A program made the position numbers and the translations under genes. From Candidatus Doudnabacteria bacterium (GTDB lineage Bacteria > Patescibacteriota > Doudnabacteria > UBA920), in NCBI GenBank assembly GCA_031291995.1, contig JARLHZ010000025.1, positions 156,266-220,265 of the forward strand: a stretch of DNA of 64,000 nucleotides, given 5' to 3'. Below the pieces are notes generated by a model, which made no database searches, was not told the origin of the DNA, and saw only the letters and a list, made by a program, of their open reading frames with translations. Positions 18,117 to 27,182 of the stretch are shown here, one piece after another; positions within the stretch are counted from its first letter, which is position 1; every line of letters begins with the position of its first letter.

Positions 18117-18720
18117 AGGTATTGAGTTTGGCAATTAATCTAGTTCGCGCCTGCGGTATGGTGCCCAGAGTTGATATATTTATAAAAGGGTAAAGTTTTT
18201 GAAAATAAGCCACAACATCCGTAATATTTTTTTTGTAATATGCGATCCGATTTTTTAAAGCCTTGTCGTTGTCGTCGGGCCGTTTGGAAAATTTGCCGCG
18301 AAAGTAAGTTTTGCGGGCGGTCATGCGGCTAATAGTTTCAGCAAGAGGAATAGACAAGTATATAAAAAGCACCTCCTGGCGTTTTTCCTGTTTGAGCCAT
18401 TTGGCGACCAATTTGGCTTCGCCCAGCATTTTTGGAGTTCCGTTGAACAAAATTCCCGTAGTCCTTTTGGTGGAGTGAATTTTGTCGTGAAGCAAATTCC
18501 GGACAAGTCCGGTCGGAGTGAGCTTGCCGCTGTCCAGGGTTTTGTCGAGACGGTATTTTTTTCGGAGTTTCGGGTTGTGTTCAAGCGATCTTAATTCCCG
18601 GCCCATATCTAAATCGTAAAGCTTAAACTTTTTCGCTAAAAAAGCGCCATGCGTGGCCTTGCCCGCGGCAGGATCTCCAAGAAGAATAATATTTAGCGGT
18701 TGGTTATTTTTCATCTTCAC
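18097..18720 (-). CDS. Adenylate-kinase-family nucleoside monophosphate kinase (second, divergent paralog)
   Basis: P-loop IILLGDPAAGKATHG; an NMP-binding segment; RPDDNDKALKNRIAYYKK matches the Adk RxDDNxETIxKRL motif. No LID insertion. Confidence 0.7.
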   Translation of the reverse strand: MKMKNNQPLNIILLGDPAAGKATHGAFLAKKFKLYDLDMGRELRSLEHNPKLRKKYRLDKTLDSGKLTPTGLVRNLLHDKIHSTKRTTGILFNGTPKMLGEAKLVAKWLKQEKRQEVLFIYLSIPLAETISRMTARKTYFRGKFSKRPDDNDKALKNRIAYYKKNITDVVAYFQKLYPFINISTLGTIPQARTRLIAKLNTYETRAN

Positions 18721-18919
18721 GCTTCATTTTTTGCTTAGCTTCCAGTTCATTCGCAAACTTTTCTAAGGCTATTACCGCTGCCTGGTCAAAAGTGATGCCT
18801 TCTTTTGCGAGTAATCCGCCCAATCTTCTAAACAACGTTCTATCTAACTCTATGCGAAGGTCGGTCTTTTGAATTCTTCCGATTTGTTCTGGCCCTAAGC
18901 CGGTGTCAAATTTTGACAT
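18704..18919 (-). CDS. Small ribbon-helix-helix-like protein (71 aa)
   Basis: The pattern LRIELDRTLFRRL (beta strand) plus GITFDQAAVIALEKFANELE (helices) resembles CopG/RHH DNA-binding proteins. It overlaps the downstream kinase gene by 17 nt. Confidence 0.4.
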   Translation of the reverse strand: MSKFDTGLGPEQIGRIQKTDLRIELDRTLFRRLGGLLAKEGITFDQAAVIALEKFANELEAKQKMKREDEK

Positions 18920-18928
18920 ATTTTTAGG

Positions 18929-19501
18929 CTAAAGCGATAAGGCTTTATTAATTATATTATTTACTTCTTCAACAGTTGGCTGCCCGTCAATTTCAAAAAA
19001 CATCGAGTGTCGTCTCAAATAATCCAAAACCGGCAAGGTATCATTTTCGTACTGCTGAAGACGGAACTCAATTTTTTCCCTCGTGTCGTCGGCTCGCTTT
19101 TCGATTTCCGCGCGCTTTAACAATCGAGCTACCGATTCTTCCTTGGGCAAATTAACAAACAGCGTTACAAAATTTTTCCGTCCCTGTCCTTGTAGAAATT
19201 CCATTAAATGTTCGGCCTGGGGCACCCGCCTGGGAATGCCGTCAAAAATTACACCTTGGTCCGGGGCAATCTCGCCAAGCCGGCTGTCTACGACTTCGTA
19301 AAGCTGTTCGTCGGTCAGCAGGATGCCGGAGTCAATCAGCTTTTTTACTTTTTGGCCTAATTCCGAAGGGCTGGCCGCGACTTGCCGAAGCAGGCCGCCC
19401 ATTTCCCAATAAAAAAAATTCAGGCGTTTGGCCAAAATCTTTGCTTGCGTCCCTTTGCCGCTGCCTTGCGGTCCGATAAAAAATATTGTATTAAGTTTCA
19501 T
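18929..19501 (-). CDS. adk: Adenylate kinase (short form, no zinc lid)
   Basis: IFFIGPQGSGKGTQA P-loop; DGIPRRVPQA; RADDTREKIEFRLQQYE. Start at the internal ATG (MKLNTIFF). Confidence 0.9.
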   Translation of the reverse strand: MKLNTIFFIGPQGSGKGTQAKILAKRLNFFYWEMGGLLRQVAASPSELGQKVKKLIDSGILLTDEQLYEVVDSRLGEIAPDQGVIFDGIPRRVPQAEHLMEFLQGQGRKNFVTLFVNLPKEESVARLLKRAEIEKRADDTREKIEFRLQQYENDTLPVLDYLRRHSMFFEIDGQPTVEEVNNIINKALSL

Positions 19502-19581
19502 ACCTGCTGCTATTTTAGCGGATTTTTGAAATTTTATCAAGTTATGTTATAATAATCGCAAACAAGACGATTAGAAACAAA

Positions 19582-21285
19582 ATGGATCACAGTTTATTTT
19601 ATCAGCTGACTTTTGTCCTGCTTGTGGCCGGACTTATCGCGCTTTTAGTCAGCCTGCTCAAGCAACCTTCGGTTATCGCGTTTATATTAACCGGCGTGCT
19701 GGTGGGCTCTTTGGGCTATTCCCAAATACACCAGGTGTCCATTTTTTCCGATCTTGGCGAAATTGGCATCACCCTGCTTTTATTTATGGTCGGTTTGGAA
19801 TTGGATATGCGCCGTTTGCGGGAGCTGGGTAAAGTGGTTATTTATACCACTCTGGGGCACGCGGTTTTAGCTTCGGTCTTGGCATTTTTTTTGGCGCGTG
19901 TTCTGGGTTTTAACGCGGTAGCTTCGGTTTACACCGCGATTGCCCTGACTTTTTCTTCGACGATAATTGTTGTTAAAATTTTGGGTGAAAAAGGGCAGCT
20001 GCAAAGTTTGGCCGCAAGAGTAGCCATCGGCTGCAGCATAGTTGAAGATTTTATGGCCCTGGTGATTTTATTGTTTGTCGGCGGTTCTTCGACTGGAAAT
20101 TTTTTACCGCAATCCCTTCCGGGATGGCAAATCGGAATTATCACACTGGTCCGGGCGCTTATTTTTCTTTTGATCCTGGCTTTTGTCAGCAAAAAAATTC
20201 TTCCCTGGCTGTTAAAGTACTTGGGGCGCAGCGACGAATTGCTTTTGTCATTTTCTCTGGCCTGGGCTTTGGGATTGGCCGCCTTTGCTTCGCTTCCGTG
20301 GGTTGGTTTTAGTTTTGCCATTGGCGGATTTTTGGCGGGTTTGGCCCTGGCCAACTCCGAAGTTCACTGGGAAATTGCCGCGCGCGTCAAATCTATACGC
20401 GATTTTTTTATTATTATATTTTTTATTGTTTTTGGATCCCAACTGGCTTTGGGCAACATTGGCCGGCAGCTGCCGACGGTTATCGTGTTATCGTTATTTA
20501 TGATTGTGATTAATCCCCTCATAATTTTGCTGTTGCTCGGCCGGCAGGGATATAAGCCCAAAACTTCTTTTTTGGTTGGCGTCACCACCATCCCGATGTC
20601 GGAATTCAGTTTTATTCTGGTCGCTTTGGGAAACCGGGCAGGCCAACTCGACGGCGCGGCGGCCGGTGTATTGACGATTGTCGGGATAGTTAGCATTGGT
20701 CTTTCATCTTACGCAATTGCCGGCGGCGACCGGCTTTATATTTGGTTAAAGCCGGTGCTGCGAATATTTGACCGGCACTTGCCCGATGTGGAAAAGACCA
20801 GCGACGAAGTTGTGTTAAAAAATCATATTGTCCTTGTGGGCGCTCACCGCATGGGACAGCACATTATCCGAAGCCTGGAAAAATTGGACCAACCTTTGGT
20901 TTTGGTAGATATAAACCCTGAAATAGTGAGCCGGTATTTAACCGAGGGTTTTAACGCGGTTTGCGGCGATATTACCGAGAGCTATATACAGGACCAGGTT
21001 AATTTGCAGGGAGCGCGGGTAGTTATTTCCACGGTGCCGAACCTGGAGGAAAATTTGGCGCTGCTTGAAGCGATTAAGCGCAAGAGCGGTAAAACCAAGC
21101 CCAAGCTGATTTTTTCGGCGCAAAATGAAACCGAAGCCAAAAAACTTTATGACCAGGAAATTGATTACGCCCTGTCGCCGCACTTTATTGGCGGCCAGCA
21201 CCTGGCCAAAATCTTGGAAGGCAACCATAACTTCACCGGCTTGAAGCAACTTCGCAAGGAACATTTAAAAATTATCAATACTTAG
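19582..21285 (+). CDS. Monovalent cation:proton antiporter (CPA2/KefB-like) with C-terminal RCK/TrkA-N domain
   Basis: Polytopic N-terminal region with Na+/H+ exchanger family features, then the Rossmann segment IVLVGAHRMGQHIIRSL...VLVDINPE. Confidence 0.8.
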   Translation: MDHSLFYQLTFVLLVAGLIALLVSLLKQPSVIAFILTGVLVGSLGYSQIHQVSIFSDLGEIGITLLLFMVGLELDMRRLRELGKVVIYTTLGHAVLASVLAFFLARVLGFNAVASVYTAIALTFSSTIIVVKILGEKGQLQSLAARVAIGCSIVEDFMALVILLFVGGSSTGNFLPQSLPGWQIGIITLVRALIFLLILAFVSKKILPWLLKYLGRSDELLLSFSLAWALGLAAFASLPWVGFSFAIGGFLAGLALANSEVHWEIAARVKSIRDFFIIIFFIVFGSQLALGNIGRQLPTVIVLSLFMIVINPLIILLLLGRQGYKPKTSFLVGVTTIPMSEFSFILVALGNRAGQLDGAAAGVLTIVGIVSIGLSSYAIAGGDRLYIWLKPVLRIFDRHLPDVEKTSDEVVLKNHIVLVGAHRMGQHIIRSLEKLDQPLVLVDINPEIVSRYLTEGFNAVCGDITESYIQDQVNLQGARVVISTVPNLEENLALLEAIKRKSGKTKPKLIFSAQNETEAKKLYDQEIDYALSPHFIGGQHLAKILEGNHNFTGLKQLRKEHLKIINT

Positions 21286-21315
21286 CCTTTGATGCCCTAG
21301 AGCACGCCTGCCAAT

Positions 21316-21352
21316 CGGACCGATTTTCTCGGCCGAGAAAATCGGTCCGATA
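21316..21352. repeat. Perfect 37-bp palindrome (tcggaccgattttctcggccgagaaaatcggtccga), family 4 copy 1
   Basis: Shares the outer atcggac and core ttttctcggccgagaaaa with 21896-21932; the middle triplets differ with compensatory changes. Confidence 0.8.
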
Positions 21353-21360
21353 CCAATTTT

Positions 21361-21885
21361 ATGGGCGTGCCAAGAAAAAATCTGCTGACCGCATTAATTT
21401 TGCAATTGTTCGACCCCGACACTCCCCTTCTTCCCGTGGAGTCGACTTACGATTTTATAAAAAGGAAGAGGGATTGCCGCCGGCCGCAATATCGCGATTG
21501 TTTGAAAGGCTTGCGCCGACGCGGGGTAATTGAGATTGTCAAAAAACGCCAGCGGGAATTCGCAAAACTTACCAAGAAAGGTTCGCTAAAAATTTTGTTG
21601 GAAAAAGCGGAAATTAAAACGGTTCAACCTTGGGACGGCAAATGGAGATTGGCAATATTCGATATTCCGGAAAGATTTAACAACTCCCGCGACAATTTTC
21701 GCCATCTTTTGAAGCAGAACGGTTTTGTGAAATTGCAAGCCAGCGTATTTATCAGTCCATACCCAATTTCACGAGCAGCGCTAACATACCTAAAGGAAGT
21801 TGGCCTTGATCATTTTGTACGAATCTTAAAAATTGAGGAGTTGGATAATGATTCCGCATTAAAAAAGAAATTTGGACTTAAATAG
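21361..21885 (+). CDS. PaaX-family-like transcriptional regulator
   Basis: The C-terminal WDGKWRLAIFDIPERFNNSRDNFRHLLKQNGFVKLQASVFISP matches the PaaX_C signature (W-G-W...iPE...R...L...GF..L...SVWisP). The N-terminal region is a winged-helix-like basic segment. Confidence 0.55.
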   Translation: MGVPRKNLLTALILQLFDPDTPLLPVESTYDFIKRKRDCRRPQYRDCLKGLRRRGVIEIVKKRQREFAKLTKKGSLKILLEKAEIKTVQPWDGKWRLAIFDIPERFNNSRDNFRHLLKQNGFVKLQASVFISPYPISRAALTYLKEVGLDHFVRILKIEELDNDSALKKKFGLK

Positions 21886-21895
21886 CTTTTTACCA

Positions 21896-21932
21896 TCGGA
21901 CTCTTTTTCTCGGCCGAGAAAAAGAGTCCGAT
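21896..21932. repeat. Perfect 37-bp palindrome (tcggactctttttctcggccgagaaaaagagtccga), family 4 copy 2
   Basis: See 21316-21352. Confidence 0.8.
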
Positions 21933-22073
21933 ATGTTTTTTAATGATTATGGAAGATAACGAGGCTGGTTATCGGTTCGGAAATTAATGCTTCCAAGCTA
22001 GCTGTTCGCAAAAAAGGTTTTGGGGCGTTAGACAAATTACATTCATTTTAAAATTTTATGGTACAATAACTTT

Positions 22074-23387
22074 ATGCTCAAACTTTATAATACGCTTTCA
22101 AAAAAGCTCGAAGTAATCGAGAAAAAGAACCATATAAACCTCTATACTTGCGGGCCGACGGTTTATAATTACGCGCATATCGGGAATTTGCGCAGTTATA
22201 TTATGGCGGATTTGCTTTACCGCGCTTTAAAATACGAGGGTTATAAGCCGCGATGGGTCATGAACATTACCGACATAGACGATAAAACCATCAAAGGCGC
22301 AATTGCCAAATTCGGTTCCGCGGCCACCGTGGAAAATTTACGAGAATTTACCAAATTTTATCTGGATGAGTTTTTGAAGGATTTGGGCGAGGTCAATGTT
22401 TCCAAGGACGAAATTACTTTTATCCGCGTGACCGATGTTATGGCGCAAATCCAGCAATTTATTATGGATTTAATAGACAAGGGGTACGCTTATAAAGCCG
22501 ACGATGGCAGCACTTATTTTTCCATTGAAAAATACCAAAAAGATTTTGGCGATTACGGCGTTTTGGTCGGTGAAAAATTTATTGAGGGCAAAAAAGTCGG
22601 CGCCCGCGTGGCCGTAGATGAATACGAGAAAGAAAATTTGTCCGATTTCGCTTTATGGAAATCTCATTCTTTAAATGACGCGAATATTTTTTGGGACCAC
22701 CCGGTTTTGGGCAAGGGGCGTCCCGGCTGGCACATTGAATGTTCTGTTATCAACAAAATCGGTTTTAAAGGCGAACCCACCGACATCCACACCGGCGGAG
22801 TCGATTTAATATTCCCTCATCACACAAACGAAATTGCACAGTCGCAGGCGCTTATCGGCAAAGGCAATTTTGTCCATCACTGGTTCCATTCCGAGCATTT
22901 ATTGGTCGATGGTAAAAAAATGGCCAAAAGCGCGGGGAATTTTTTTGTCTTAAAAGATTTAAAACATCCATTTGCCGCGTGGTCTTTAAGATACGCGTTT
23001 TTGCAAAGCCATTATCGCAGCCAGCAAAATTTTACCAAAGATTCGCTAGATGCTTCGGGAAACAGAATTGCCGGGTTGATAAATTATATGAAAGAACCTC
23101 ATAATAGCGAGTTTGTCGCGGATACAAAAAGTTTGGACGAGGATTTAAACGTCCCCAAGGCGATATCCGGAAGCAACGAGGCGTTTGTTTTTTCGGAACT
23201 GCTGGGCGCCAAACTTCCCGACTTGGAAGAAATTCCGGAAGAAATAGACCGGCTAATTAAGTTGAGGCTGGCGGCTCGCAATGAAAAGGATTTTAAGAAA
23301 TCGGATGAATTAAGAAAACAAATTGAGGCGCTTGGGTATGAATTGATGGACACGCCTGACGGGCAAAAGGTCAGGAAAAAGATGTAA
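22074..23387 (+). CDS. cysS: Cysteinyl-tRNA synthetase (short form)
   Basis: HIGN (AHIGNLRSY) and KMSKS (KMAKSAGN) class I motifs; CysRS-type zinc-binding residues. Confidence 0.9.
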   Translation: MLKLYNTLSKKLEVIEKKNHINLYTCGPTVYNYAHIGNLRSYIMADLLYRALKYEGYKPRWVMNITDIDDKTIKGAIAKFGSAATVENLREFTKFYLDEFLKDLGEVNVSKDEITFIRVTDVMAQIQQFIMDLIDKGYAYKADDGSTYFSIEKYQKDFGDYGVLVGEKFIEGKKVGARVAVDEYEKENLSDFALWKSHSLNDANIFWDHPVLGKGRPGWHIECSVINKIGFKGEPTDIHTGGVDLIFPHHTNEIAQSQALIGKGNFVHHWFHSEHLLVDGKKMAKSAGNFFVLKDLKHPFAAWSLRYAFLQSHYRSQQNFTKDSLDASGNRIAGLINYMKEPHNSEFVADTKSLDEDLNVPKAISGSNEAFVFSELLGAKLPDLEEIPEEIDRLIKLRLAARNEKDFKKSDELRKQIEALGYELMDTPDGQKVRKKM

Positions 23388-23423
23388 ATTGGCTATACAC
23401 CTATATTCCCCATCATATGCACA

Positions 23424-23448
23424 AAATAGGCCAAAAAGGCCTATTTTT
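23424..23448. terminator. Hairpin terminator after cysS (aaataggcc-aaaaa-ggcctattttt)
   Basis: GC stem plus T-run. Confidence 0.6.
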
Positions 23449-23580
23449 GCTCTTGGAAGCCTTTAAGAAAAGGGCTATAATGGGATGACTGGCATTGATG
23501 ACTAATTCTGGATCCGGGAAATTTTTTGCGGTTTAAGATGTGCGTCAACGCAAAAAATTCCGGTTCAACACCGCGAATTT

Positions 23581-24981
23581 ATGGACCAAACATCAGCAAT
23601 TCAACGCATTCCTCCGCAGAGCCTGGAAGCCGAAATGTCGGTTTTGGGGTGTTTAATGCTGGACAAGGACGCGTTTATAAAAATCGGCGACGTCGTGACG
23701 GCTGAGGATTTTTACGATCCGCGCCACACCATGATATTTGAAGCCGCACTGGCGCTTTACGGCAGTAATGTGTCCATCGACATTTTAACCATGACCAACT
23801 GGCTCCAGGAACACCAGCAGCTGGAAAAAGTGGGAGGAGCAAGTTATTTAACCGAACTCGTGGCCAACGTACCATCCGCGGCGCACATCAGCCATTATGC
23901 TTTCATTGTGCGCAAAAAAGGCACGCTTCGGAAACTTATCCGAGCCTCCGGCGAAATCAACAATTTGGCTTTTGGCGAGTCCGGCGAGATTGAGGATATT
24001 TTAGACGAAGCCGAACAAAAATTATTCCAAATTTCCCAAAAGCACCTCAAACAAAATTTTATTTCCATCAGCAACATTTTGCACGCCACGTTTGAGCGTA
24101 TTGACGAGCTTCACCGCGAAAAAGGCAAGTTACGAGGTCTGCCGACCGGTTATGTGGATTTGGACAGCCTGCTCGGCGGTTTGCAAAAGTCCGATTTGGT
24201 AATTTTGGCCGCGCGCCCCAGTATGGGTAAAACGTCCCTAGCTTTGGATATTATGCGGCATGTGGCCGTGGATTTAAAACAACCCGTGGGAATTTTTTCT
24301 TTGGAAATGAGCAAGGATCAGTTGGTAGACCGTTTACTGTCGTCGCAAAGTGACGTGAACCTTTGGAAAATTCGCACCGGTCATTTGAACGACGAGGATT
24401 TTGAAAAAATCGGCCAGGCCATGGGCGAGCTGTCCGAGTCCCCCATCTTTATAGACGACGCGGCCGGCAGCAATATTATGGAAATCCGCACCAAAGCCCG
24501 CCGGTTGCAATCGGAACACGGCGTGGGTTTAATAGTAGTTGACTATTTACAGCTTATGGAAGGACGTAACCAGGAAAATCGCGTGCAGGAAGTTTCGGAA
24601 ATTTCCAGAGCCTTAAAATTGTTGGCTCGCGAGTTAAACGTTCCCGTACTCGCGCTGTCGCAATTGTCGCGCGGCGTGGAAAATCGGCCGGACAAAGTGC
24701 CCCAGCTGGCTGACTTGCGCGAATCCGGATCCATTGAACAGGACGCGGATGTGGTCATGTTTATTTATCGTGAAGAAATGTATAAAGGGAAAGACTCCAA
24801 ACGGCCGCACATTGCCGAAATCCACATCAAAAAGCATCGCAACGGCCCGACCGGTGAAATAGACTTGTTCTTTGACGCGGATAAAACTTCGTTTAAAAAT
24901 CTTGACCGTTCTTTTGATGTTAGCCCGCAAACCGTAATGCAAAGCATGGCCGTTGGCGCGGGAGAGGAAGAGCCGGTTTAA
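23581..24981 (+). CDS. dnaB: Replicative DNA helicase DnaB
   Basis: N-terminal PPQSLEAEMSVLGCLM; Walker A ARPSMGKTSLAL; RecA-like core. Confidence 0.95.
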   Translation: MDQTSAIQRIPPQSLEAEMSVLGCLMLDKDAFIKIGDVVTAEDFYDPRHTMIFEAALALYGSNVSIDILTMTNWLQEHQQLEKVGGASYLTELVANVPSAAHISHYAFIVRKKGTLRKLIRASGEINNLAFGESGEIEDILDEAEQKLFQISQKHLKQNFISISNILHATFERIDELHREKGKLRGLPTGYVDLDSLLGGLQKSDLVILAARPSMGKTSLALDIMRHVAVDLKQPVGIFSLEMSKDQLVDRLLSSQSDVNLWKIRTGHLNDEDFEKIGQAMGELSESPIFIDDAAGSNIMEIRTKARRLQSEHGVGLIVVDYLQLMEGRNQENRVQEVSEISRALKLLARELNVPVLALSQLSRGVENRPDKVPQLADLRESGSIEQDADVVMFIYREEMYKGKDSKRPHIAEIHIKKHRNGPTGEIDLFFDADKTSFKNLDRSFDVSPQTVMQSMAVGAGEEEPV

Positions 24982-24991
24982 TTGGCTAAAA

Positions 24992-25636
24992 ATGACCAAA
25001 TTACCAACCAGTTTACAGAAATTAATCAATGAGCTTGGCAAACTGCCCGGCATTGGGCCAAAGACCGCCCAACGGCTGGCTTTTTATTTGTTCAGACAGG
25101 ATAAAATTGATTTGGACAACCTGGCTCAGACCGTTGCAAAAGTTAAAGACGGTATTGTGTTTTGTTCGGTTTGCCATAACATGGGGGAGTTTGACCCTTG
25201 CGCCACCTGCAAAGATGATCGGCGCGACCATTCCCTGGTTTGCGTGGTCGAAGAACCGCTGGACGCGCAGGCTATAGACAAGTCCGGGCAATTTAACGGA
25301 GTTTTCCATGTGCTGGGCGGGGTCCTTAACCCATTGGAAGGTATTGGCCCGGAAAATTTGGAAGTACAATCATTGCTTGATAGAATTGCCAGCGTAGGGA
25401 CGGGTCTAGACCTGTCTCTACCGGAAAACGGCCAACGCGTGAAAGAAGTTATTATTGCGACCAATCCGTCTTTGGAAGGAGAAACTACGGCTATGCATTT
25501 GTCAAAAGTCATCAGAAGCGCCAATTCAACCATCAAAATTACCCGCATAGCCCGCGGCCTCCCCATGGGCGGCGATTTAGAATACGCCGACGACATAACC
25601 CTAATGAGGGCCATGGAAGGAAGAAGGGACTATTAA
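24992..25636 (+). CDS. recR: Recombination protein RecR
   Basis: HhH (LPGIGPKTAQRLAFYL), C4 zinc finger (CSVCHN...CATC) and Toprim domain. Start taken at ATG 24992 to avoid overlap with dnaB. Confidence 0.9.
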   Translation: MTKLPTSLQKLINELGKLPGIGPKTAQRLAFYLFRQDKIDLDNLAQTVAKVKDGIVFCSVCHNMGEFDPCATCKDDRRDHSLVCVVEEPLDAQAIDKSGQFNGVFHVLGGVLNPLEGIGPENLEVQSLLDRIASVGTGLDLSLPENGQRVKEVIIATNPSLEGETTAMHLSKVIRSANSTIKITRIARGLPMGGDLEYADDITLMRAMEGRRDY

Positions 25637-25640
25637 ATTT

Positions 25641-25665
25641 AAAACCACCCTCGCGGGTGGTTTTT
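25641..25665. terminator. Bidirectional terminator between recR (+) and rplU (-)
   Basis: aaaaccaccctcgcgggtggttttt. Confidence 0.7.
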
Positions 25666-25712
25666 ACGTTCAGCGGTAATATCAGCGTACTTATCAGCGT
25701 CAGTTCAGCGTC

Positions 25713-26006
25713 CTAGGCTTTGATTATTTCAACTTCCGTGTATGCCTGGCGGTGGCCGATTTTCCGGCGGTATTTGCTTTTGGGGCGGTACTTAAGGACG
25801 TGAACTTTGGCTCCCCTGCCTTGCTTTAGGACTTTGCCGGTTACGGCGGCTCCGGAAATATAAGGTTTGCCCACGGTTCCGTCCTGGAACAAGACTTTAT
25901 CAAAAGTTACGGTTTTGCCAGCTTCGGTAACCAGGGTTTCAACCTGGATTTTGTCGCCGTTTTTAACCAAATATTGTTTTCCGCCGGATTCGATGATTGA
26001 TAACAT
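25713..26006 (-). CDS. rplU: 50S ribosomal protein L21
   Basis: MLSIIESGGKQYLVKNGDKI... is the L21 signature. No adjacent rpmA (L27). Confidence 0.9.
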   Translation of the reverse strand: MLSIIESGGKQYLVKNGDKIQVETLVTEAGKTVTFDKVLFQDGTVGKPYISGAAVTGKVLKQGRGAKVHVLKYRPKSKYRRKIGHRQAYTEVEIIKA

Positions 26007-26053
26007 GGTCGTATGTTGTAAGTTGGTAAGTTATAAGTTACTGATAAAGTCTA

Positions 26054-27178
26054 TCAAACTTTGGGTTTTTCGTCAACGCCCTGATTTGCGGCAAAATCAA
26101 AGAGATCCGGCACGTGCGGGTGCTGTTTTTTGTATAGAATTACCGTGGTTAAAGCGATTATGACCATAAGCGCGAATAAAATTACCAGTGCGATGAGCTT
26201 GCCGTAGCTTTGCAGGAATATGGCCACGCCGCCAAAAATGGCGGAGATGGCGTACAGAGCCAAAACGGCCTGGCGCTGGCTTAGCCCTATATCAAGCAGC
26301 CGAAAATGCAAATGATGACGATCGCCTTTGAACGGGCTGCGGTTATATATAACTCGCCGTAAAATTGCCCAGGCCACATCTAAAATCGGGATACCCATTA
26401 CCAGGAGCGCCGTAGCTATTTTGGCGCCCAAAATTATAGATAGAACTCCCAACATAAAGCCGATAAGCGTACTGCCGCCTTCCCCGAGGAATATTGAAGC
26501 CGGGTTAAAATTGTAAATTAAAAAACCCAAAAGCGCGCCGGCAAAAATAATCGCAATACTGGCCGTTATTGGCTGATTGACTTTCGGAGTCAGCGATAGG
26601 GCGAACATGGTTAAAGAACCGATAAGACCGACGCCGCCGCAAAGTCCGTCCAGGCCATCCAAAAGTTTAGTTGTAAAAATCATGCCCATCATCCATAGCC
26701 AGACGAGAATGGCAGGCAGTGAATAGTGAATAATGAATAGTGAAAAGGAGTAGCCGATAAAGATTGGTGATCCGAACGGGTTGCTAATTTGAGTAATGCC
26801 GACGCCGATTCCCGACCAAACAATAATTAGCGAAGCCAGCGCCGGAAACAGCCATAAAATTTTTGGCGGTAAATTAAATTTGTCATCAGCCGCGCCGCCC
26901 ATAATTAAAACAAGGCCGCCCAAAATAATACCCCAAAAAAATCGCATTGGTACAATATTAAAGTCCGGATGGCCGAAGTTAAAATATAGCGCGAAGGATA
27001 TCAGCAGGCTTAAGTAGACGGAAATTCCTCCCAAAAGAGGAGTCGGATACAAATGGAGTTTGCGGGTTTGGTCCGGTAAATCCAAAATACGAAACTTAAA
27101 AGCGAGCCGTTTTATGGCGGGTGTAACCAACGCGGAGAGAATTAGCGCGATGGTAAAAAAAATAACAAAATTGAGCAT
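26054..27178 (-). CDS. Polyprenyl-phosphate sugar-1-phosphate transferase (MraY/WecA family)
   Basis: Multi-TM protein with the DDxxN (GGAADDKFNL) and LLDGLDGL motifs of the MraY/WecA phosphotransferase family. Start at the internal ATG (MLNFVIFF). Confidence 0.75.
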   Translation of the reverse strand: MLNFVIFFTIALILSALVTPAIKRLAFKFRILDLPDQTRKLHLYPTPLLGGISVYLSLLISFALYFNFGHPDFNIVPMRFFWGIILGGLVLIMGGAADDKFNLPPKILWLFPALASLIIVWSGIGVGITQISNPFGSPIFIGYSFSLFIIHYSLPAILVWLWMMGMIFTTKLLDGLDGLCGGVGLIGSLTMFALSLTPKVNQPITASIAIIFAGALLGFLIYNFNPASIFLGEGGSTLIGFMLGVLSIILGAKIATALLVMGIPILDVAWAILRRVIYNRSPFKGDRHHLHFRLLDIGLSQRQAVLALYAISAIFGGVAIFLQSYGKLIALVILFALMVIIALTTVILYKKQHPHVPDLFDFAANQGVDEKPKV

Positions 27179-27182
27179 AAAG

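Noticed and set aside
21886-22073. Possible T-box or other leader upstream of cysS or thrS
   Set aside because: The spacers are short (under 200 nt) and no specifier-loop or T-box consensus (AATTAGGGTGGNACCGCG) was recognisable.
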